NCBI GenBank assembly: GCA_040954595.2
Contig: CM082594.2
Span: forward strand, 9,131,612 to 9,195,611
Source: Balanoglossus misakiensis
Lineage: Eukaryota; Animalia; Hemichordata
Reading direction: 5' to 3'
DNA length: 64,000 nt
In this document: piece by piece, positions 55,053-64,000 of the stretch
How positions within the stretch are numbered: the stretch's first letter is position 1
How the letters are laid out: the number at the start of each line of letters is the position of its first letter
Position numbers and translations under genes: made by a program
The notes under the pieces: generated by a model
What the model was told of the DNA's origin: nothing
What the model saw: the letters and a program-made list of their open reading frames with translations, nothing else
Databases searched by the model: none

Positions 55053-57257
55053 CAACCTGTAATCTCTAATCTTTTCACAGACTAATTAGTCCTACCTAAT
55101 TCATCATTGTATGCCCACCTGTTGGAGTAACCAGGCTGAGTTTTAAAATAGGCTAACACAGCAACTGAGGATGAGAATAATGGATGGAATGATTTTCTTA
55201 AAGTTCAGAACATAATTTCAAATCAAGCTTCTTATTGGTAATAATGAGCCACACAGTCTGTAACAGTCCCAAGATGGTAACAGGGTTTTATTTTCTTGAA
55301 ACCTAGAAGAACCATTCTTTAAAAAAACTATACTTCTATGTTCTGCTATCATTGTGCTGATGAGATGTGAGGTGTTGAATTTGCTCCTGTGTAATTGCCA
55401 GTTGACATATAAAATGTCCACTGATTGGTCAGTGAACACTGTCCATGCTCAGCTGTTAACAAATTTATCCAATCACGTTGCTTCTTGCATTAGAGTGAAC
55501 ACTGATGCTTCTAAACAGCAGAAGTGATTTATTTCAGGCTGATATTTATCTTTTATCTGTTTCTTAGAGGATAATTTGGAGTCGAGGGAGTAAAGACTAA
55601 TTTTTGAGGCAAATGTGAACTTTTCAGCGATTCCTAATTATCACGTTTGAGCCTTGGGGAGTGGTTTGAGTTGCACACACAATACTGGATGCAATAGTTG
55701 ATGAGATCGCCAAGAAAAAAAATTCAATGGCATCGTTGCTTGAATTACGATCATCAAAAGAAGAAGAAGATAAACAATATGTCATCCGGCAAAACAGGAA
55801 TCATCTGAAGAACTCAGGGAATTATAGCTTACGGACACTGCACTGTGTTTAAATCTCAGTAAATTATGGCAGATCAAAAAAAAATATCTCGAGCTAAGAA
55901 TGTTCTTGTTGTCAGCCCTTCTAATTCAATACTTCAAAAGAACCGATTCCTATAATCACAAGCTATTATAAAACAGCTGACCTGAGTCTTATCAGAACAG
56001 CAGAGTATAACTGATAATTCACCCATTGTGGTTGCGGAATGACTGTCTTCAGTGATACGGGCAGATTTCCATATTTGAAGATATCACCTCTCATGAATAC
56101 ATATAAATCTGCTCTATTGTGAACTTCAAAGTTTTAAGTCACAAAGATTCAGTTTCAACTTCGTCCTTGTCTTGTATTAAAAAATTCCTTCAAAAGAATC
56201 ATGTCATATTAGTCTCAAATTTCAAAGGTGAACCTTATACAGTCGATTAAAGATTCATGATTTAACATCAGATAGCCTTGGCAATCATGTGACTTCTACA
56301 AAATTAATTTACCTAATTTTATCCTACTACCCTAAAGGTTAGTAAAATTTCTATTCTTTTAGCCTAGACCACCTGAAGGAGTTCATTTCATAAATCAATG
56401 GCGGCCATATTGGATCGAACAGCACCTTTTATGCTGAAGAAATTTATCCATTCCACAAGGCTGGTTATAAATGTCAACTTTTAATTAATTTGTAAATTCC
56501 TAGTGTAAGCACAGGTAAACTTGGACAACTTAGGTCTTAATGGGCGCCAAAAATTGTAATGGATGAAAGTGTTTGTGGCTGAATTACTTGAGATTCATTT
56601 TCGGTTAGCTGAATCATTAATCTCAGAAGAAATGATGAAAAACATAGTGGTTGTAAATCTTTTGCGGAGATGCTAGTCCTTGCGGCCTATGATAGAATGA
56701 CTTGGCTATTTTCCAGGGGACAGTATGCACACGTAAGAGAGAAACCAAAACTGTAAAAATAAAACTTTCTTGTTTTCCATTAACACATAAATCCATCATG
56801 CGACATTTAGTTCTCTGAAATAAATTCCCTTCTATGTCAGCATATTACAAATTTAACAACTGATTTACTGTTTTTTCTAAATGTTACGCTACTCTGGTAA
56901 AAAGTGACATTCCTACAACTGGCAAAACAGTGAAATTCTTCTTCACGGATCAGGCTCTGCTTATTTTTAATGAAATTTCATTCAAAAAATCAATTTTTTT
57001 TTCATCAGTCGTGTAATTTGATCTACCTTTGCACAGAAAAAGTAATCGAATGCAGTCTACAATTCTAATAGATATTTGATGAATTACTGCTTAGTAGTGA
57101 GTGCTGTCAATTGTTTACCTTCATGTTTACCACGCTTCAAATTTACCATTATTGGAAAATTGCATTGAAATACCTTGTTAGAGAAACTAACAACATTTAC
57201 ACACTTATTAGTACCTGTGTGCTGGTCAGTGTATCATCATATAAACAGTGTTTTATT

Positions 57258-57350
57258 TTAAACCTTTCACCCCCATTTCTGTGTACAGAGGTCCAGCACT
57301 GCCATTGAGAGCAATGGAGTAGGACCAAACCATGGTGATGAAAGGGTTAA
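57258..57350 (+). mobile_element. Second copy of the about 94-bp TTAA-flanked MITE
   Basis: ttaaacctttcacccccattt...aaaccatggtgatgaaagggttaa has TTAA at both ends and is colinear with 38169-38262. Confidence 0.8.
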
Positions 57351-60201
57351 AACCATTTTGTATTACTCCACCGTAGTCTGCCCAGATGTTAAAAAGATAA
57401 CTTTTCTACAGAATACGTCCAGGAAGTTGAAATTTTTGTACAGCTCTCAGCTTTTTCAACATGTTCAACACTGCATGATGTGTTGATTCTGAGTTCAGAA
57501 ACGTCACCTTCACAATTTCCACCCAACTTCATGATAAGGGTGTAAACAATTCTCTGTAATGTATCTGCACTTTTGTCTTCCAATTCAGGCGAGAGTTGGA
57601 TAATTGAAACAGAACAATCCCCTGGGAGTGGCTCTTGTTCTAAGAAAAAGAGGGTTGCCATAACAGCAATATGAAACTCCATTCATCAAGGATTTCTTAA
57701 TGTTTTTTCTTTTCATTGTGTCTGTGTGTGCATGAGTCTATGTGTGCCATTAGACTCGAGTCAAACGCAGCTTGTAATTATTTAATGGTATGCTTAGTCA
57801 ACTTGCATTTACACACACAGAAACCAATCGATTGATGGCAGCTTTTGATTATGGGGACATGGTGCAGTCCACCACATCCCACAATACAATGCTGCATTAA
57901 AAATACCCTGAGCTGGACACTCAGCAATACAATGTGTACACAGAACAAAGCAAGCATCATTCTTAATTTTTTAACTTCTGAGGGACTTAATTGCGACCTG
58001 CATCAACCAGTTTCATTCCTATCTTTGCGAGGGTGATTTTTGTGGCCCATAAGTCATCAAATTGATAGTTTCAATTAAAGGAAATAAAATTAAAAATGGT
58101 CATGGGGGATTTTGTCGTGTTTGAAAACAAAACAGTTTATAATGTAGGTATTGCTGAAATGACCTTCTTAGAGAGAAGAATGAAACATCAGCGAGGTTTT
58201 ATAGCCTGCTGTTGAATGTGGGATTTAACTAAACAACATTAAAGTTCTTGGATTCTAATCTGACTTTAATCCTTTAAATCCAGGTCTTCATGAGTTCAAA
58301 ATGATGTGTGTGGCATTGTACACACTGGCAATACAGAGATAATTGTGGATTGCCATGAAGGCTGAACTGCTGTACAATTCCAGAATATGCGCAGAATTTC
58401 CAGAAATCTGGGAAAACTGACTTTCCCCGTATTATTCAGTTTCAATGTGGGGGTGGGATGGCAAATAATGGAAGAGCCTACAAGGACAGAGTGTAATTAT
58501 TTGGAAATTATACCCCAGTACCTGGTGCCGTTTGTATTCAGAAAGGCAACTCAAGCTGAAACTAGGCTCGGCAAATAATCCATAATTTTATAGAAAAGTG
58601 ACTGCCTAGATTGTCAGTGTGTGGAAAAAGCACCAGGCAATAGAGAGGAGCACATACAAAGAAAAATCAAAGGAATCACCATGGAGACTTCACTCATTCA
58701 GTTTTTTTTTTATCATTTCAGCAAAATGAGAACCAAGGTACGTTTTTGTGCAGACTCCAGAAAATAACTGCAATTTTCTCTGAAGCAAATTCTTACAAAA
58801 TACCCATCAGAAAAATTCTTTTTCTTTTCTCTGATCAGGTTGGATAATGCTTGCTTAGAAAAAGTTCAACACTAGAGGGCCAACTAAGCTCAGACTTCAA
58901 CAGCACAATGAAATATCATCCTATTCTGTTTAGTTAGTCAGTGCTCATTAAAATTGACATAACTCAAACAGTGACTAAGCAAACCAGGTAGACATGCGTG
59001 GTGGGGGTTGGGTTTTGTTCTGAGAAAAAATATTTCGACCACAGGTGTCTGCGGATGTTGAACAATGATGCTTACTTTGAGGAGTGCAATTGGGTTCAAA
59101 AAGTAAAACATACATAGTCAATGAAATGGACTAATCAAGCTTGTCTGAATTACACTATCTCAGATCTGTCAAATGAAACTTGATATCTCAGTAACCTAAT
59201 GTAGTTGAAATGGAAAACTTGATCTACAACTGAAGTTATCATGTTTTAACTGAAGCATCAAAATCATTTTAAAGTCTGTCAACAGAAATTTGTAATTAAC
59301 CCAAAGAATTGTGACTGATAAGAAAATAAATCACTCAATCAAAATCACATTAATTATTTCCATCATTCAAGATAATGCTAATCCAAGGTGACACCTACTA
59401 TCTTTCTGCATTCATAGCAAATGAAAATGCTCTCTGAATCACGATGATGTAAATGCAGGTCATTGTCATGGCAATGTTCGACTTAAATCTGGTAATTTCA
59501 GAATGTCTGCAGCATGCGTTGGCACGACAACAGAGTAAAAATACATCTGAGTTATACTGCAGTCTTTTCTGATGGGACACTCAAAAGGAGTGGGTGTAAT
59601 ATTAACAAATCACCTTTAATTAAAGTATATTTGTTTAGCACAAAAATCAAATAATGATCCTGTATTTGCAGACAAATGGTGAAAACAACCACACCTTCTG
59701 CCCTGTAACACTGAGCTGGATGGCCTAAATTTTCTCTAAATGCCAGGACGGTCTGCAAGCTTTCAACGTGATGAAATATTCATTGCAGTCTGCTTTGTTG
59801 GAGAAGCAGCAACGCAAAGCTGCAGATTTTTTTCTTAATTTCATTGTTTGTGAGCTCTAGGACGTCAGTATTTATTTTTAACTAGCCATGCATCAATAGC
59901 ACTTGTCGTTTCGACTCTGTGTCAGATTTTGACAACTCCCTTCCCGCACTGTCATTCTAGAACAACACTACCCTTTGCCGTGCATGTGTTGTGCTTCCGC
60001 ACTCTTCCTAGCTACTTGGACCAAACTGTCGGAAGGTTATTTTGATTTGTGGAGAAAACAATGCTGCCCGTTACCACATACTTCAGAAACCCTGGCAAAT
60101 GTATTCATTCCCATTTCCTGGGCTTTACCTATTGACATTTAGGTAATGCCCAATTTACCACCCTGTCAAAGATGTCTTGTGGACAGTGTCAACATAATTA
60201 T

Positions 60202-60215
60202 GTTACCCTGGTAAC
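60202..60215. promoter_or_regulatory. RFX X-box-like palindrome
   Basis: GTTACCCTGGTAAC. Confidence 0.4.
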
Positions 60216-63200
60216 AGACAGGAAGTCCTTGCAAAGCGGTTTGATCTGTCTTTCCAACTTCTGTACTCAACCATTAGAGTCAAAATGGCGAGTGCAGGAA
60301 GAAAATTATATGGCAGCCTGGCCCAGATCTTTCATTTGTAGAATGCACTAAGATAACAGCACACCACAAATCTAATCTAGCATTCTTTTAAAGCCAGCAA
60401 CCATTTATATGTTTCAGACTTTGAACTTAGAAAATCACTGACTGATATAAAAGACCACACTAGATAGATCTGAGAAATTAATCTATTTTAAAACATGACA
60501 TTGTAACAATTAATGTCTTATTACTCTTAAAATTTGTCCTAAAATGTTTTCACATTCAATAGCAGGGATGACGTTTGGTGAAATTAATTGAAGGGGTGTA
60601 GAATTAATTGTCAGAAGAAATGTATTGAAAGACTGGAATGTGATGAAGTGATGGAGATCGAGTGAAGTCTACGATTGGAAAGAAATGAGAAGAAAATGAT
60701 TTGTGTAGCGAGACATGGAAGAGACTCGAGTTCAAACATAGACAGAAGAAACAATTCTTCTGTCTATGGTTCTAGGTCATTAACTGCAACCGGTTTCACT
60801 TCAATCAGGAAATCTCACATATTTCAGGCTAAAAATCGATGGATCCAAGATCACGTGTCTTTCCAGAGCTATATATCTGAGTGAGCTAGGTCAGAGAAGC
60901 TATAAATGGTTCACGAAATATCCCAGACAAGACCTTGCAGTGGGCGTTATCTGTATAAGCGTCTGGCGTGTGCTGCTGTAAAAAGCCATTACGGATGAAA
61001 TGATTGGCCAGAGCTCCTTCCATGAAAACACACTCTAAAGATGAATTTGTAACTGAACCACTGATAAGGAACACATGCAAAATGTCAGCTGATTAATTTT
61101 ACCAGGCTGCGATATATTTATCTGCAACAGAAATAACTGAGAGAATGAAAACGTTATATTGCGCAGAGCTCTCAAGGCTCTGATCAATATTTATTCACAA
61201 ACTAATGCTGAACAATGTCACCTGATATTTTCTTGATATATTTGTCTTCATCAGGAAAAAAGGGAAAAACTGGACAAAAATGATATATTCTGTAGTTTTC
61301 TGTGTTGGGATATTTTCATCTTAATATCAGCTTTGTCCAAACACAATCATTATTCACTCAAAAATATAAAGGAGTGAATTGTATAAACTGAAGTGAGGAA
61401 AAAAATGTGGAATTTGGGAGAAAAAAAATCAATGGTTGCATTTTGAGAGAGCTACCTCAGCTCTGTCAAAACTGCACAAAACAAACAATACTTGAGCAAA
61501 GACCGACTGTATTGATTTCAAACGCTAATGAACTCTGTAGTATTCATTAAAATGCCATGATGTATGCTTAGCAACTACTATATACACGAGTGGAAGGAAG
61601 ATTTTCAAGCTATGGAGATGGGGAGTACGTCATACACACACACTACATCATTAAACTGTTTTAAACTCAGCGCTTTTATGAGTGCAAACCTATAGTGATA
61701 TTAAGCACGCACTGTCCAAAACCCTCCCAGGCAAACAGTACTAAAGTAACATACACATTAAAAAGTCTATGTTTCTTAGCTCAATTAACAAAATTTTACA
61801 TCAGTGCTAGCCACCTTAATGATGAAAAACTTTCATCATCCATAAATTAAAAACTGACGCCCTAATATTTTTTACAGAAAGTTTTCATGAAAAATTAATT
61901 TAAAAATTCACATTTTTAACAGTTTCTACCTCCCCTTTGTAGTATTTGTATGGTTTTCCTTTCATGGTGCTATTGTTACACAACAATGCACACACATAAA
62001 AACAATACCACAATAAACCAGTCGCTTTTATTCTCTCATAATTTTGAAGACAGATATAAATTTTGAGTATATTAACCTGAAAACTATATACCAGCCAGTG
62101 TTCCTAACAATGTAAGGCTGTCATAGATAATGTGTGCAATACATTTTTATAATCAGGCTATTTGGAAACAAAACTAACTACAGAGCCATTATTTCACAAA
62201 TTAGTTTTCGACTGAAAGACAATTCAGGCATAACTTGTGCCCCGAATAAAACCATCATATTGTAATATAAATGAGACAAAGCCAGCAATGTAACAAGGCC
62301 ATATTAACACACTGAATTATTCAAACCAATTCTCAGAGCTGATCACAATCGTTGCCTACATTTCAATTTCAAAATAAATATAATTTCATTTCCCAATTAA
62401 CCTGAGACAAGCAAATGAAGTCAATTACAAGGTTTATACACTGTATGTACGCTGCACTTTAATGCAATACTGGATTAATTTGTCTTTCTGTTGCAGATAG
62501 GCACATTCCCAAAATTTTACGTTTTACGTAAACCGAATTTCAGTGGAAATTATCGTAAATTTGCAGAAGCATTAACTGCAACATGTCTTGATACTGACGC
62601 AAAAGAGAGTAATTAAATTAGAAACTAACCTTGGCTGTATAAAATTCTGCACAAAAATCCTCAAATATGTGATTTATTCCCCTTTTACCAGCATATTGTC
62701 GATTTCCGACCACTGGGAGTTGCGAAATTTAGACCAGATCAGGTCAGCTGGGGGTGGTAATCACTATCTACCTATATCTCAACATCTCCGATAACGAAGT
62801 TAATTTTGAATGTTAAATAGAAGAAAATGGAATAGGTAATGAGATCAGGCAGTCAAACACTGCATAAATGGGGAGAAAAAGAAAGCGCTAAATTGATGAA
62901 GAGTTGGAAAAGATAGGCCCTGAACTATTTAAATAAGGTGAGACACTGGATTCTAATGAAATATTAAGAAAAATCTCAACATAATATATGGAATCCGAAA
63001 TTATCGGAAGAGTGAAAAACTGGAATTAGGGTATTGGAACGAGTCAGCTTGATACAATGTACTACTCACGTATACTGCAATAAATTACGTGGGGTGTGTT
63101 GGCCGCCAAATTAATGTGTAAGTCGTACACCTTGGCAGAATATGTGATTGTCTAACACAGCCGTAAAATGTGTAAAATACGCGTTGCCTGTTTCCCTTGT

Positions 63201-64000
63201 GAGTTGCAGAGATTGTACAGAGCTTATACAAAGGCCTGTAACACTCTACAACCAGTCATGACACAATGATAAATGACTACCTGTCTATCAGACCAACTCC
63301 GACCATTCCACGAATTTATCTTTTTTCGTGTCGGCATACTTGTTCAATTTTCGTAATAACATTAAGTACATTTGCTAAGATGAGGTAGTACGTACTTAAA
63401 AAGTCGACTTGAACTTCCCCTTTACAGAAAGTCGTAAGTTTTTGCGTAGGTATAGTAAGAGGGAGCTTAGAACTCCGACTTTAAAAAGTCAAGGTTGTCT
63501 GATGAAACAATATTAATGGAAATAAAAAAAATATTTACAATTTATGAATAGTTTAATGAAAGACTCAACATCACATCCTCTTGGGAAATGATAAAAAAAA
63601 TTAATAACTGATATAAGCTTTTTTGTGGAGGGTTGACAATGGTACGGCTCTAGGTTATGTTTCGTACGGATTATACAGCGTGATCGATGTTATCGTGCTC
63701 GGGCAGACACTTGGGAGGAACACTGGCCATGCATTTTTTCGAGGCTGTACTGCGTGTTTTTCCGACATTTTAATTTGAAAAGAGAGTGGGTGCTTTTCCC
63801 CAGTTTTTATCTTATCACAAAAATGCGTTCTGTACTTGAAAAGCCAGCTGGTACAGATCGACAATCCACTCTATCATTGAAACTGCCTTAGCAACGCCCT
63901 CCCAGTCTGCTGGTATAGCCTACTTCATTATCGTAAAAAAAAAATTCAAAAACGTACAAAAATATCGTGCTTCGACTAAAGTTATACACTATTAAAAGAA

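Larger units (their letters stand above)
10367..64000 (-). other. Part of the very long intron upstream of the MNRPIQVK exon (splits RRM1)
   Basis: I found no preceding RRM1 exon (CAFLTY...KTLPG type) in the ORF track or by eye. The equivalent intron is known to be very long in vertebrate CELF4. Alternative exons inside it cannot be excluded. Confidence 0.75.

Noticed and set aside
18155-56413. YY1-like AANATGGCNGCC motifs (18155, 25323, 54858, 56398)
   Set aside because: From memory this motif is common inside interspersed repeats of marine invertebrates, so these cannot be told apart from TE remnants.
57389-57682. 97-aa ATG ORF on the CELF strand
   Set aside because: No similarity to CELF RRM1 or any family I recognise, and no clear exon boundaries.
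60634-60656. miR-1-like sequence (tggaatgtgatgaagtgatggag)
   Set aside because: Several mismatches and purine-rich flanks, with no complementary arm to form a hairpin.
63381-63390. let-7-like start (tgaggtagta)
   Set aside because: Diverges after 10 nt and has no let-7 star arm.

Overview
AT-rich, CpG-depleted animal genomic DNA, not prokaryotic. Sequence style and repeats suggest a marine invertebrate deuterostome, possibly a hemichordate; this is an inference. The only confidently coding element is a 49-nt minus-strand exon (10318-10366, MNRPIQVKPADSESRA+G) of a CELF3/4/5/6 (Bruno-like/unc-75) RNA-binding protein gene. It encodes the end of RRM1 and the RRM1-RRM2 linker. I found neither flanking CELF exon, so the rest is most simply two long introns (over 53 kb upstream, about 10 kb or more downstream). 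These contain three copies of a short TTAA-flanked MITE, small tandem duplications, microsatellites and regulatory-looking motifs (RFX X-boxes, CTCF, CRE, YY1). The best leads concern splicing: a candidate recursive splice site or microexon at about 17.64 kb with a UG/UGCAUG cluster downstream, a CpG-rich candidate poison or alternative first exon at 46.5-46.8 kb, and a branch point plus acceptor at the window's left edge. No clearly new multi-gene system is demonstrable, and most ORFs in the track look spurious.
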